DNA of 64,000 nt from a virus. Every line of letters begins with the position of its first letter. Position 1 is the first letter of the stretch. Made by a program: the position numbers and the translations under genes. This document shows positions 38,925 to 55,105 of this stretch, one piece after another. Location of the stretch: UHGV virus genome UHGV-0131811; one strand, given 5' to 3'. The notes beneath the pieces are model-generated. The model made no database searches, was not told where the DNA came from, and worked only from the letters and a program-made list of their open reading frames with translations.

Positions 38925-39308
38925 ATGAAAAAGATTTTATTAGCCGCTGCAATGGTTATGGTAATGAACTTACCAGTCAATGCAACAGAACTTCCAAATG
39001 TGGACTTATCAGGTGTTCCAAAAGACACTTGCCAGATTGTTAAAGGTGTTGCTTTGACTAATGGTGAGTTACTTAAACCAATCTCTGAAGAGTCTTTAAC
39101 AGAGATGACTGATAAGGTAACTGACTATCAGTATCGTGTTCTTGCAGAGTATTTCCTGCAATCTGCAAACATTAAAGAGAAGCACCATGATGATATTGAT
39201 GTACAGGCGATGCTCAACCACCGTATCCAGTTTAAAGAAGATTTGATGCAAAAAGCTATGTATGGTGTTGAGTATTTCTTAGAAAACAGAAGCTGCACAG
39301 GTATTTGA
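38925..39308 (+). CDS. secreted/periplasmic protein
   Basis: Signal peptide (MKKILLAAAMVMVMNLPVNA) with likely cleavage after VNA; 127 aa. Confidence 0.55.
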   Translation: MKKILLAAAMVMVMNLPVNATELPNVDLSGVPKDTCQIVKGVALTNGELLKPISEESLTEMTDKVTDYQYRVLAEYFLQSANIKEKHHDDIDVQAMLNHRIQFKEDLMQKAMYGVEYFLENRSCTGI

Positions 39309-39309
39309 T

Positions 39310-39522
39310 ATGGCTCTTAAAAAGTTACATCCCAGAAGCGGTTATGGTAAGATAATTGACGATACAGACGGCTTTACAGTCTTTACAGTTATCTGTCAAG
39401 ATGATTCACAGATTGAAAAGGTTCTTGATGATTATCTTAATGATAAACGTGAAAAGGTTAGGGCTACAAACATAGATTCATTGATTGACACTTCACGTAA
39501 ACGGAAGAAGAAAGATGAATGA
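39310..39522 (+). CDS. hypothetical protein
   Basis: 70 aa ORF. Confidence 0.45.
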   Translation: MALKKLHPRSGYGKIIDDTDGFTVFTVICQDDSQIEKVLDDYLNDKREKVRATNIDSLIDTSRKRKKKDE

Positions 39523-39814
39523 GGTTTTTGACCCTTATGCTCCACAAGATGATTGGGAGGCTGATAGAGAGGCTGAAATGGAGAGTTATATTTGTCCAAT
39601 GGATGTAGACGAAATGAGAGACTTCGTTGCACATCGTTTTAAGAGAGAGATTAAATCCAGAGGTCTTTCTCAAGAACAAGTCGCTAAAATTTGTGGTATC
39701 TCTCAAGCTCGTGTATCCAACATAATCCACCTCACTGGGAATGTCTCTCTTGAGTATATGTTGGAAGTGTGTGAAAAATTTGGTGTTAATTTCAATTTAA
39801 GGTTGGCAGATTAA
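39515..39814 (+). CDS. helix-turn-helix DNA-binding protein
   Basis: LSQEQVAKICGISQARVSNI is an HTH-like segment; start at MNEVFDPY overlapping the upstream stop. Confidence 0.5.
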   Translation: MNEVFDPYAPQDDWEADREAEMESYICPMDVDEMRDFVAHRFKREIKSRGLSQEQVAKICGISQARVSNIIHLTGNVSLEYMLEVCEKFGVNFNLRLAD

Positions 39815-39815
39815 T

Positions 39816-40175
39816 ATGAAACGTGAAAACATTATCCACTCTGAAAACTTCGCATTAGGCTTTTATGGTGCACCTACTCACCTTGAAAAGTACTACGGTG
39901 TAAAAATTCTTTCCAATCTCATTATGGCTTACAAAGATGGTAAGATTAAGCACACTGAGAAGAAACGTGTCATGGGCTACATGGCTGTAGGTTCAGCAAT
40001 CTCGAACATTAAGCTGGAAACCACTAGCAGTCAGATTGTAAAAGACCACTTCATCAAAGAGCTTTACCATAATCTTGATGGTGTAGATGTTCAGGCTGTT
40101 TGGCTGGATGTTGACGGTCACAACTATACAAGTTTCGTTTTCAAAAACGATGACATTAAGTGTTTGTTCCCTTAA
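39816..40175 (+). CDS. hypothetical protein
   Basis: 119 aa ORF. Confidence 0.45.
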   Translation: MKRENIIHSENFALGFYGAPTHLEKYYGVKILSNLIMAYKDGKIKHTEKKRVMGYMAVGSAISNIKLETTSSQIVKDHFIKELYHNLDGVDVQAVWLDVDGHNYTSFVFKNDDIKCLFP

Positions 40176-40188
40176 TAGGTGATTAACC

Positions 40189-40704
40189 ATGATTGATATC
40201 TACTTACAAGATGCTCATGCAGACTTCCTTAAAGTGATGCTTAAAAAGTTTATGGCTTCACAGGGTGAGAATGAAGCATCTTTTAAAATAGTTACATGTG
40301 GCGATGAAGCTGGTTTTGTTGAGATTGAACATGAAGGTACTGGAAAGATTGTTTGTAAACTACCTGACAGTATGTTCTCTAGTGCATTCTTAACAAAGAC
40401 TAGCATAAATGTTAAGCTTGTCCCTCAGATTGAAACATACTCTGGTACAGATTACCCTAAAGGTTTCAAGTCGCTGATGAAGTACTTCTTAGATGACTTT
40501 GTGAGTAATCTTCTGAGGGAGGTAAAAGAAAGTCGTACAGTGTTGACTGTAGAGAACATTGGAGGAACTATCAGGGTTACTTCTGACTGTTTTGTGATGA
40601 GCCTCTTCGACTTCGTTCCTAAGAACTTTGATGGTATTCTGGATGAAGAAGATGACTGTGTAGACTTTATATTGGTTCTTGAACCAGTTTTTGAGGTTAA
40701 ATAA
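40189..40704 (+). CDS. hypothetical protein
   Basis: 171 aa ORF. Confidence 0.45.
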   Translation: MIDIYLQDAHADFLKVMLKKFMASQGENEASFKIVTCGDEAGFVEIEHEGTGKIVCKLPDSMFSSAFLTKTSINVKLVPQIETYSGTDYPKGFKSLMKYFLDDFVSNLLREVKESRTVLTVENIGGTIRVTSDCFVMSLFDFVPKNFDGILDEEDDCVDFILVLEPVFEVK

Positions 40705-40965
40705 ATGAAAATTGAACACTGCTATGAGCCTGACGGAACACCTATCCGATGTCCACATTGTGGGTGTACAGACTTGCAAGGCGAGGTAAGTGAAATAGTC
40801 AACGGTCATATCGCTGAAGAGAGTACAAGGTGTACAGAGTGTAATGAAATCATTGCTTTCTGGGCTTATGGTTCATACCAACCTACACCACACTTAATCT
40901 ACCATAGCAATAAAGCTGTGAAGAATGTTATCAACTGGTTCATTAAGAAAGGGTTTACAAAATGA
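40705..40965 (+). CDS. Zn-ribbon protein
   Basis: CPHCGC...CTEC cysteine pairs. Confidence 0.45.
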   Translation: MKIEHCYEPDGTPIRCPHCGCTDLQGEVSEIVNGHIAEESTRCTECNEIIAFWAYGSYQPTPHLIYHSNKAVKNVINWFIKKGFTK

Positions 40966-41507
40966 TTAAGCTAATATTTGCAAGTGGTGAAAACGGTGAA
41001 TTTGGTACACCGACTGGTATGCCGTGGCCTCGACATAAACAGGACATGCAAGAGTTTAAGAGACTCACTAAAAATAACTTAGTAGTCATGGGTAATGAGA
41101 CTTTTAAGACTCTGGGTAGTAAACCTTTACCAGAACGTGCAAACCTCATCTTAACAAATTCTGTACCATACTTAGGCATAGACTTTGGCAAAGATGATGT
41201 AATGTATGCTAAAGCCAGTAAAGAGTCATTTGGAGCATTTTTGAAGTATCTTGATAGCTCTATTGATGAAGATGTCTTTGTAATTGGTGGTGCAGGTATC
41301 CTTGTCAATGCTTTACCGTATGCTAGTGTGGTGTTCCATACTGTTTTCCATAAAGTTACTGAAGAGGCCACTGTGCATTTACCTTTTGAAAACTTCTTTG
41401 AGAAGCTGTATGATAACCGTGTGTTTACAAAGGTACAGTCAAAACCATCAGAGGATGGTAAAGCAACTTTTGAAATTTATGTTCCACAAGTAAAAGGACA
41501 CTTTTGA
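40962..41507 (+). CDS. frd: dihydrofolate reductase
   Basis: IFA...GMPW, VVMGNETFKTLG and PLPERANLILT align with bacterial/T4 DHFR motifs. Confidence 0.8.
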   Translation: MIKLIFASGENGEFGTPTGMPWPRHKQDMQEFKRLTKNNLVVMGNETFKTLGSKPLPERANLILTNSVPYLGIDFGKDDVMYAKASKESFGAFLKYLDSSIDEDVFVIGGAGILVNALPYASVVFHTVFHKVTEEATVHLPFENFFEKLYDNRVFTKVQSKPSEDGKATFEIYVPQVKGHF

Positions 41508-41508
41508 T

Positions 41509-42408
41509 ATGTCACAAGCAGATACAAGTTACAAAAATATCCTGAACCATGTTTTATCCGTTGGTGAACTGCGTACTACACGAACTGGAGATGTTATCTC
41601 TGCTTTTGCTCCACCTCAGTTTCGTTTTGATATGAGGACTGGTTTCCCGCTCTTAACATCTAAACAGGTGTTTACACGGCAAGTTATTGGGGAGGCTTTA
41701 TGGTTCCTGAATGGTGAGAATAAGCTGGGTGAACTTCGTTACCGTACTTGGGATGAAAATGACGGAGAACGCTGGACTATCTGGTCAGATGATTTTAAAC
41801 GCTGGTTAAGTTCTAATTATTCTTCTGAACAAGATTGGTTAGAAGATGCAGGTGGGAGAATCTATGGGGTTCAGTGGAGAAACTTTGAAGGTCATAATGG
41901 TTGTGTTGTAGACCAGCTAGAGACCTTAGTAACGAAGATGAAGGGTGATATCACAGACCGTTACATGCTTGTTAATGCTTGGAATGCAGCAGATATTGCA
42001 GCAAACTCAATGGCTTTAGCACCTTGTCATGTTCTGTTTCAGATTTATATCACTAATGAGGGTGAAGTTGACTTACAGTGGTATCAACGTTCAGTAGACA
42101 CCTTTTTAGGACTTCCGTTTAATATTGCGTCTTATGGTTTCATCTTAGAAGTTCTTTGTAAGATGACTGGATACACTCCACGGTACTTGATAGGTGTCTT
42201 TGGGGATACCCAGATTTATCAGAACCATATGAAGCAGGTTTATGAACTGATGAACAATGAAGAGTTCCATGCACCTACTTTTGAGATTGGTGTACCACTT
42301 AACACACTAAGTGACCTAAAACACCTTACTGCAAGTGATTTTATTGGTGGCATTTACAACTACCAACATGCAGGAAAGATTGAAGCACCTCTGTCAGTAG
42401 GTAAGTAA
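41509..42408 (+). CDS. thyA: thymidylate synthase
   Basis: Active-site region LAPCHVLFQIY and conserved downstream blocks; 299 aa. Confidence 0.9.
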   Translation: MSQADTSYKNILNHVLSVGELRTTRTGDVISAFAPPQFRFDMRTGFPLLTSKQVFTRQVIGEALWFLNGENKLGELRYRTWDENDGERWTIWSDDFKRWLSSNYSSEQDWLEDAGGRIYGVQWRNFEGHNGCVVDQLETLVTKMKGDITDRYMLVNAWNAADIAANSMALAPCHVLFQIYITNEGEVDLQWYQRSVDTFLGLPFNIASYGFILEVLCKMTGYTPRYLIGVFGDTQIYQNHMKQVYELMNNEEFHAPTFEIGVPLNTLSDLKHLTASDFIGGIYNYQHAGKIEAPLSVGK

Positions 42409-42454
42409 AAACAAAAAAGGCTCCTTTTTACGGGAGCCTTAAATTTTATTTTTC
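42407..42454. terminator. bidirectional rho-independent terminator between convergent blocks
   Basis: AAGGCTCC / TTTTTACG / GGAGCCTT hairpin flanked by A-run and T-run. Confidence 0.6.
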
Positions 42455-42817
42455 AGTATTCTTTGTGTTCTTTTCAGTAATAGCTTGCAAGGCTGATACT
42501 GATTGAGCCAGATTGTTCACACTGTCAGAGAATTTATCAAGGGTTTTGGTAAGTTTTGCGTTTTCACCCTTAACATTCTCTAACTGAACTTTCTGGTTCT
42601 CCATCCCTAGCTGAATCAATCTCATGTCAGACTGTAAATCACGAATAGCTGAATAGTTACTTTTGGAATAATTATCTAGCTGCTGTAACTTTGTTGTGAC
42701 AGACACTTCCTGCTTACCACTTGAGACTTGCATAGTGGTATACATCCCAATAACACTAAAAATACCAACTACAATTGCACCAATATTATTTTTAAAAGCT
42801 TCCTCTAGCCACTTCAT
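42446..42817 (-). CDS. membrane-anchored coiled-coil protein
   Basis: 123 aa; N-terminal TM helix then helical region. Confidence 0.45.
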   Translation of the reverse strand: MKWLEEAFKNNIGAIVVGIFSVIGMYTTMQVSSGKQEVSVTTKLQQLDNYSKSNYSAIRDLQSDMRLIQLGMENQKVQLENVKGENAKLTKTLDKFSDSVNNLAQSVSALQAITEKNTKNTEK

Positions 42818-43012
42818 TTATTTCTCCCCCTTAAAAGCTTTTTCTAAGTTATCTACGAACTCATCATCAATAGGTGTATCTGTTTTACTCGCAAGGTATC
42901 TTGCAAGCTTAAAGAACACTTTCTCAATCATGTATTCACTTAGAAGGGATAAAATGAGTTTCCAGAAGAAGCTACCTAGATTTTTTAGAAGAATTGCTAG
43001 GATTGTAGGCAT
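42818..43012 (-). CDS. small membrane protein (holin-like?)
   Basis: 64 aa, hydrophobic N-terminus, charged C-terminus. Confidence 0.35.
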   Translation of the reverse strand: MPTILAILLKNLGSFFWKLILSLLSEYMIEKVFFKLARYLASKTDTPIDDEFVDNLEKAFKGEK

Positions 43013-43091
43013 TTAATCACCTCATCAGCCAAGATGGTGAGAATACCTATAAAGAATATTAACACCATCTTAACAATCAGTCAACAAGGGA

Positions 43092-45626
43092 TTAAGCAGT
43101 TCTTACCCAAGCCATTAACTTATAGAACTGGTTAGTAACACTGAATGCTGAACCAGAACCAGTACCACCAGTGTTACCACTAACTGTGTGGCTGTGAGCA
43201 CCAATACCAACAGTGTGGCTGTGGTTACCTGTTGTATTCGTTACACCAGACCAGTTTCTTGATGCGTTGAAGTTGACAGGGATACCATTAGTAAAGTGAT
43301 TACCAGTATACCCTTTAGAACCTGCCTGACTACCGAGGTGGAATGCACCACTTGCTGTGTAGAAGCTGCTAGTGTCACTCCTGAAGTAACCAAATGAACC
43401 AGTAATCTCCATAGTACCTCTGTTGTGGTTATGGTTACCAGTTGTGCTAGAAGTCTTAGTACCATAATCAAATGATGAAGTGGTAGCAGAGAAACTGTGT
43501 GTATGTGAAGGTAAGTTACCAACAGATAACGTTACAGAGTCTGAACCACCAGTTGTAGCAACATCTGAACCGTTTGCTGCTGCAATTCTAATAGTTCTAC
43601 CAACACCATTATTCAGGTACGTCCAAGTTAACCCAGGAAGTGCTGTATTAGGGTTAACATTACTGTTAAACCACGTTACAATACCTACTGGATAGATTTT
43701 ATTCAGGTCTGTAGAGTCACTAATTGCTTCTGCAATCTTCTGGTCAGTTTCTGCTTTAGTGTATGCACCAATATCTGAAGGGGTTGGTTTTTGCAAACTT
43801 GTGTAGTATTTTGCAATTGTACCCTTCACAATACCTTGTGGAGCATCATCAAATGTCTGTGGGACTTCAAACAACTGTACACTTGCATTACTAGAAGATT
43901 GAACCCTAGATACCGTAGAATTTTGGTAGCCTCCAACCTTACAGTAAATATCATAAGTGTCACCAGAAGTGTTAACGTAACCAATATCCGTGATGAGGGC
44001 ATTATCTGCTGTTCTCCAAGCTACAGCATTTAAATCCTTTGGATTATTATTTGATGTTCGTAAAACAATTTCACACTTGCCTGATTGGTATGGGTTATTC
44101 GCATTAAAACCAGCACCTCCAAAAACCTCAATAACTGCTGTAGATGTTGATTGTGGCATTACAACAGTAGCGATTTTAGCCCACTTTTCACCGTTTCCTA
44201 AATTAAAACTGGTGCTTCTGATTCTCAGGTATCTGCTATCACTAGCACTTTGAGTAAAATATCTAGCATCTAAGTTAGAGAAATCTGAAGGTTGAACTTG
44301 ACCAGTGATTGCTAAAGTTGCATTCATTTCAAATACTGAACCAATGTTAAGCCCTTTACCTGTCTTGTAGTTATACAGGTTTAAGATATCACTGGCATCA
44401 CCATTACCGATATACCACTTGCTGGTTCCATCAACAGCCTTCCCTCTAATAAATAATGACGATGCAGTTTTTGCTTTTAACGCAAGAGCTTCACCATCAG
44501 AGTTGATAACCTGTTGTGCAGAGAATGTGTTAGCAGCATTGGTTCTTGCAATTGTACTTAATGTGGCTGCCGGAATATATCTAGAATCAATATTAGTCCA
44601 ATCCGAAGGTTGAACTTGACCAGTGATTCTGAAGTTCTGGTTGACTGAGATATAGCCATTATCAAGTCTGATATTTGAACCGTGTACATAGTTGTGTAGC
44701 AGCACAGAGGCTGTGTTATCCCCGTTCCCTACATACCACCTGTTAGTGTTCTGAGAGTCAACACCCTGAATGAATAGTGAGCTAGCTGTTGCATTTTTCA
44801 ACCTTAAAGCAGCACTGTCACTAATGATAGTTAGATTTCTACTAAACGTGTTAGTGCCCGTGAAATTATTATTAGCAGCTAACTGTGCAAATCTCTGATT
44901 AGCAACTGTCTGAGTGAAATATCTAGCATCTAAGTTAGAGAAATCTGAAGGTTGAACTTGACCAGTGATTGCTAAAGTTGCATTCATTTCAAATACTGAA
45001 CCAATGTTAAGCCCTTTACCTGTCTTGTAGTTATACAGGTTTAAGATATCACTGGCATCACCATTACCGATATACCACTTGCTGGTTCCATCAACAGCCT
45101 TCCCTCTAATAAATAATGACGATGCAGTTTTTGCTTTTAACGCAAGAGCTTCACCATCAGAGTTGATAACCTGTTGTGCAGAGAATGTGTTTGTGATAGC
45201 AAGTCTTGCGTATCTTGCATCATTCTCTTCATTAGTCCTCATACCAAGCTCATTAGGACTTGGCTTATTCAGAGTATGATAAACAGTTGCTGACCTTGAA
45301 GCATCTGCAATAGTTAGTTTAAGACCATTTGCGTTAATTTTAAAAGTCTTTAAAATATCCCCAATAGTAATCTCAGAAGAGCCTGTAGGGTCAAATACAG
45401 ACTTTCCACCGTAAAGTAACTTGACAATACCTAAATCCCCAGTCATAGTGCTTCCAGCAATCTGAACAAACCTTTCTAGTTTGAAGGAAGCTAAGAAGTC
45501 TTGATAGGTCATTCTACGGTCTTCATCACCCAACATTTCAGGTCTTTTCTTAACTCTGATGTGCAATAGGTCTTCTGAACGAATTGTGTCGATTGAGTTT
45601 AATTGACTCAATTTGTAATCTGCCAT
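43092..45626 (-). CDS. tail fibre protein with internal repeats and His-rich C-terminal tip
   Basis: 844 aa; three about 110-aa repeats; C-terminal HxH motifs (SHTHSF, GNHNHN, GNHSHTVGIGAHSHTV); last late gene after baseplate genes. Confidence 0.7.
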   Translation of the reverse strand: MADYKLSQLNSIDTIRSEDLLHIRVKKRPEMLGDEDRRMTYQDFLASFKLERFVQIAGSTMTGDLGIVKLLYGGKSVFDPTGSSEITIGDILKTFKINANGLKLTIADASRSATVYHTLNKPSPNELGMRTNEENDARYARLAITNTFSAQQVINSDGEALALKAKTASSLFIRGKAVDGTSKWYIGNGDASDILNLYNYKTGKGLNIGSVFEMNATLAITGQVQPSDFSNLDARYFTQTVANQRFAQLAANNNFTGTNTFSRNLTIISDSAALRLKNATASSLFIQGVDSQNTNRWYVGNGDNTASVLLHNYVHGSNIRLDNGYISVNQNFRITGQVQPSDWTNIDSRYIPAATLSTIARTNAANTFSAQQVINSDGEALALKAKTASSLFIRGKAVDGTSKWYIGNGDASDILNLYNYKTGKGLNIGSVFEMNATLAITGQVQPSDFSNLDARYFTQSASDSRYLRIRSTSFNLGNGEKWAKIATVVMPQSTSTAVIEVFGGAGFNANNPYQSGKCEIVLRTSNNNPKDLNAVAWRTADNALITDIGYVNTSGDTYDIYCKVGGYQNSTVSRVQSSSNASVQLFEVPQTFDDAPQGIVKGTIAKYYTSLQKPTPSDIGAYTKAETDQKIAEAISDSTDLNKIYPVGIVTWFNSNVNPNTALPGLTWTYLNNGVGRTIRIAAANGSDVATTGGSDSVTLSVGNLPSHTHSFSATTSSFDYGTKTSSTTGNHNHNRGTMEITGSFGYFRSDTSSFYTASGAFHLGSQAGSKGYTGNHFTNGIPVNFNASRNWSGVTNTTGNHSHTVGIGAHSHTVSGNTGGTGSGSAFSVTNQFYKLMAWVRTA
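44251..44531. repeat. near-identical direct repeat, copy 1, inside tail fibre gene
   Basis: About 281 bp repeated 660 bp away with a single mismatch seen. Confidence 0.85.
44911..45191. repeat. near-identical direct repeat, copy 2, inside tail fibre gene
   Basis: Same as copy 1; in-frame offset of 220 codons. Confidence 0.85.
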
Positions 45627-45642
45627 TATAAGTTTTCCTCTT

Positions 45643-45662
45643 AAAAGGGGCTATAAAGCCCC
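45643..45662 (-). terminator. hairpin (GGGGC-TATAAA-GCCCC) with U-run between the two fibre genes
   Basis: 5-bp GC stem followed by UUUU on minus strand. Confidence 0.4.
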
Positions 45663-45672
45663 TGTAAAGAAA

Positions 45673-46848
45673 TTAAGCTGTTCTCTGCCACACATACACT
45701 ACAAAAGATGGCTGCTCAACACTGAATGCTTGACCACCACCAACAGAACCAGTTGTCCCTGAGTGTGTATGCTCAGAGCTAGAAACAGTAACAGTGCCTG
45801 TATGACTGTGCGAACCAATATTAACAGTGTGGCTGTGAGCACCAATTGCGACAGTATGACTATGAGCACCAGATGATGCAGTTGTACCTGAGAAGCTATG
45901 GGTGTGAGCACCAGCTAAATCAGTATACATAGCATTACCAACACCAGCATCAGCAGATGCAGTAATAGCATTTGTGCCACCCCTATCATTACCCCTCATA
46001 GGAACTCTATGGTTGTGGTTACCAGCATTACTTGTTGTGCCACTAAACGTGTGAGTGTGAGCACCAGCACTATTAGTCGTTTTTGTACCGTAATCAAAAG
46101 TTGATGTGCTTTTTGAACCATAATCAAAACTAGAGATAGATACACTTGCAGAGTGTGTATGACCACCACCTGTTAGGTAGATAGAGTGAGTATGTGCTGG
46201 TAAATTATTATTTGTTAATGCTACAGTCTGAGAACCAAACATTGAACCAACAGGTCTAGAATCTGTATCATAACCAACTAGTGCCCTACCTTTAGAAACT
46301 AACTCCCAAGTGCCACCACAAAGCAAGTAAGTGGATGGGTTAGCAGAGTTAACAGACAGATGAATAGTCCCCACTGGATATGATGCTTGGATAGCTTTGT
46401 ATAAGTTATTCACTGCTCTCGCTGTAGCATACTTATCAGCATCTTCATTGTACAGATTAGATGTTGTCCAGTTCTGAACATTACTTAAACCAACCTGTGC
46501 TTTCGTTGTATTGTGTGGGTTACTTTTGTCGTCAATATGTTGCTGAATTAAGTTATTCACTTCCTCTGACGACATAATTTGTAGATTTGCTCTTGCCTCA
46601 GCAACATTCACAATGTCTGACAAGTTATTAGCTGCAACTAATTGAAGAGAGTTAATAACATTATCAAGACCCACTTGTGATTTAGTTACACCATGAGGAT
46701 TATTCCTCAGAGATGCGTGAGGTGCTAACAACTGCTCAAGCGTACATCTTTTATCCTCAACACCTTGCTTAAGGTGGAAGATATCACTCAAATCAATTGG
46801 TAAGGCCGCTTGTGGCAAGGCACTAATTTGAATTTCACCTACTGCCAT
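45673..46848 (-). CDS. tail fibre / receptor-binding protein with His-rich tip
   Basis: 391 aa; multiple HxH motifs (AHTHSI, GHTHSA, AHTHTF, GNHNHR, AHSHTVAIGAHSHTVNIGSHSHT); C-terminus similar to the 844-aa fibre. Confidence 0.65.
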   Translation of the reverse strand: MAVGEIQISALPQAALPIDLSDIFHLKQGVEDKRCTLEQLLAPHASLRNNPHGVTKSQVGLDNVINSLQLVAANNLSDIVNVAEARANLQIMSSEEVNNLIQQHIDDKSNPHNTTKAQVGLSNVQNWTTSNLYNEDADKYATARAVNNLYKAIQASYPVGTIHLSVNSANPSTYLLCGGTWELVSKGRALVGYDTDSRPVGSMFGSQTVALTNNNLPAHTHSIYLTGGGHTHSASVSISSFDYGSKSTSTFDYGTKTTNSAGAHTHTFSGTTSNAGNHNHRVPMRGNDRGGTNAITASADAGVGNAMYTDLAGAHTHSFSGTTASSGAHSHTVAIGAHSHTVNIGSHSHTGTVTVSSSEHTHSGTTGSVGGGQAFSVEQPSFVVYVWQRTA

Positions 46849-46850
46849 TA

Positions 46851-47153
46851 TTAAGCTCCTACATATTCATATGTGTAAAGGTTTCTTGTACTTGTTGATG
46901 CAGTCCCTGTCTCAGACTTAATGAGGTTCCAGCCATTAGCCACTAAATCTGGTTGCTCAGTTGCATATGAACGAACTTCACCAACAGTGCCATTTACTTT
47001 ATTCAGCAGGTAGTTGATAATATAGTTGAACCACTGCCTACCCATAGGCTCACCCTTTAAAAGACCTGTCTCTTGAACTTCCGGTGGTGGTAAAACTTTT
47101 AACTGATTACCATCAGTATCTACTTCGTTTGTAGACCAATTTAGAACTGCCAT
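46851..47153 (-). CDS. hypothetical tail/baseplate protein
   Basis: 100 aa between baseplate and fibre genes. Confidence 0.45.
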   Translation of the reverse strand: MAVLNWSTNEVDTDGNQLKVLPPPEVQETGLLKGEPMGRQWFNYIINYLLNKVNGTVGEVRSYATEQPDLVANGWNLIKSETGTASTSTRNLYTYEYVGA

Positions 47154-48007
47154 TAAGAATTTCCTTCTTGTTGTGATTTATCTTTTCTGCCTTTGACAAT
47201 TTGTGCAACCTCAGCCATGATTCCGTATGCACCACCTGCAATAGCTTCTTTACCAACGATGAAATAACCACTCTTATTAGACCTATCTACAGTCATATAA
47301 TCATCGCTCTGTGAGTTTGCTGTTCTGTCAACCTTAAAGTAACCATCAATAACACCAGCATCTGCAAGACTCCCTACTAGGTTGGACTCCAGAGAGCCAC
47401 CAGTGTTATTTGTGACCAGACCTCTGTTAGCATCAGTTACAAACCAGTTCTCTTTATCATCAACAATAGCAAGTGATGAATCAGCAACCTCTACAGGTGT
47501 CCAAGCAGTCCCATTTAAAGTAACATCTCTTAAGATAACAGCGGAACCAGTGGTTGTTGCAGAAATCTTTGACAGTGTATATGCAGCATCAAGAACGCTT
47601 TTTCTAGTATTAATACGGATAACGATACCACCAGTCTTAGGAGTAATATGCTCAAAAATCTGAGAGAAAGTTGCACCATACAATGTCATAATTGCTTTTT
47701 GCAAGAATGTTGGAGTAGTATCAGAACGTCTTAGGAAGATTTGGATATAAAGCATAGCTCTGTATGTTTCATCATCAGCACCTAAAGGTCTAGGAACTTT
47801 AATCAGTGAGCCAATATTATCAAGTTGTTGACCTACTGACGTCCTGATATTTCTCTCTGTGTGCATCTGCCAGCAAACATCCTCTAGTGTTTGTAGCTCA
47901 TCAGTGATTGCTTTCAAGATACTTGTATAGATAAATTTATCTTTAAACTGTGTTACAGTCCTTTCATCAAGTGTTTTATAATAAACACTATCAATCTTTT
48001 CAAACAT
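47153..48007 (-). CDS. baseplate protein (P2 gpI-like position)
   Basis: 284 aa, directly downstream of the J-like gene in the W-J-I-fibre order. Confidence 0.4.
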   Translation of the reverse strand: MFEKIDSVYYKTLDERTVTQFKDKFIYTSILKAITDELQTLEDVCWQMHTERNIRTSVGQQLDNIGSLIKVPRPLGADDETYRAMLYIQIFLRRSDTTPTFLQKAIMTLYGATFSQIFEHITPKTGGIVIRINTRKSVLDAAYTLSKISATTTGSAVILRDVTLNGTAWTPVEVADSSLAIVDDKENWFVTDANRGLVTNNTGGSLESNLVGSLADAGVIDGYFKVDRTANSQSDDYMTVDRSNKSGYFIVGKEAIAGGAYGIMAEVAQIVKGRKDKSQQEGNS

Positions 48008-48009
48008 TA

Positions 48010-49478
48010 TTACTCCTTAGTGATGGTATACTGGCTACTTTCCCAAACAGTATATTGGTCACCGTCAACAGTAATTCTTGCTGTAGTATATTGTCCGTCA
48101 CTAGGTGGAACTGATTGGCTGTTTGATAATGCTACTTTCACCTCATTAATCTCAATACCTTTGATTACGTCATAGATGTACCCATAAATTCTGTTAGGGA
48201 TAACATCATTACCAACCTTAAGAGTTCTTCCGTAGGCGTTAATACCTTGCACAATACTATCTCTGATATCTTCTTCAGGGATTGTCAAACTTTCTTCGTC
48301 ATATAATGAGTAAGACACCTTAACAAATGCGTATTTTGGTGTTGGTCTGCTAAAATAGATATTATGTGCCAGACCACCTAAATCATAGGCTGTACCAAAA
48401 ATTGAGCCATAAGCCCTGATACCAGCAGGTTTTGTATCCCAGATTGCTTGAGCAACATTATCATTTTGACCACCAACTACAACAATCTTAAAAGATTTTG
48501 GTGGAAGACCTTCTGAGTTTGTCTCTTCAGTATCATTCTCAACACCTGAAGCATCTGAGACACCTTGAACTCTTTTAACAGCAGCTACAATTGCATCCAA
48601 AGTCCCTACACCAGTAACTGCTAAGGATTCTAAATATCTCTGTCTAAGTTCTGTGTCAGTTTCTTCGTTTCTACCAGTTGTTAAGTCATACCTGTTATAA
48701 ATACTGTCAAGACCATCAACAGTTGTCTCAATCTCAATAAGCGTACCAGCCAAAGCAGGGGTAGCACCAACCTCTTCAGCTACTACATCTGAAATAGTTG
48801 TAATCTTTGTAAAGGTCAGAAACGTTGTTGCAGTGACAACCATAGGGTTTGTTCTTGCAATGATATCACCTTCATCTTTATAGACTCTTAATGCGGCTCC
48901 ATCATTAATGACTTCTGCTTTTGCTACAATACCACCATTAATAGCTTCTGCTAATTTTGTTAGCAGCGTGGTGATTGTATCTAATGAGGTTGGTTTATAT
49001 GAGAAAATGACGTTATCAATAATAATAACATAATCTGCATCAGTTCGTAAAGAGTTAACTTCAAGGGTAGCTTCAACACAATATGATGGAGTAAGAGTAA
49101 TGTTATTAACTGGATAAAAGATGTTTCCGGCAGTACTTCTTAATCTTGTTGTTGAAGGAATGGTAGCACCAGTAGTTCCAGTAAACTCAACTTGACCTCT
49201 TGTTGCCTGAGCAACGTATCTGTATACCGCATTTAAAGCTGTAATATCATCAAGGTTAAAGCCTTCAGCCTTATCAATTGTACCCCCATCGTAGATTTCT
49301 GATAGAATCTCATGAGTATCTGCTAAAGACCTTGCAATTGAAGCTAGGAAGAGACCTAATTGACTGTCTTCAGAGACGTCAAGGTTTGGTGAAATATCTC
49401 TAAGAAGTCTTGATTTGATATTATCAAAAATCTCCTGATATCTTAGAGTTTGTAATCCTGTTGTAGTTAGTCCTGCCA

Positions 49479-49479
<1 letters not shown>
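48010..49479 (-). CDS. baseplate J-like protein
   Basis: 489 aa in the position of P2 gpJ / Mu gp47. Confidence 0.5.
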
Positions 49480-54863
<5,384 letters not shown>

Positions 54864-54864
<1 letters not shown>

Positions 54865-55103
54865 TACATTTTTCCTGCTCTTCTAAGTTCGTTGTAAGCA
54901 ATTTCCTCTTTATACGACCTCTGAATCTCAAGAAATTGTCTCAATGATAATAAATCAGAGAATGTCATAGCAAAGAGTTGGTCAAGTGTTTCTTTACACC
55001 CTTCCATACCATAAATAGCAAGCACAAATTTCATCTCGTCTGCTTCTTCATAGGTTGCCTCTACAGCAGCATCAGTCAGTGGTGTCTGTAGAGTGTTACC
55101 CAT
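54864..55103 (-). CDS. tail assembly chaperone, T-like frameshift extension
   Basis: 79 aa ORF in the -1 frame relative to upstream G-like gene. Confidence 0.45.
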
Positions 55104-55105
55104 GT

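Noticed and set aside
44419-45279. Plus-strand ORFs 44419..44613 and 45079..45279 with identical N-termini
   Set aside because: They lie antisense within the tail-fibre gene and are identical only because they fall on the two copies of the 281-bp direct repeat.
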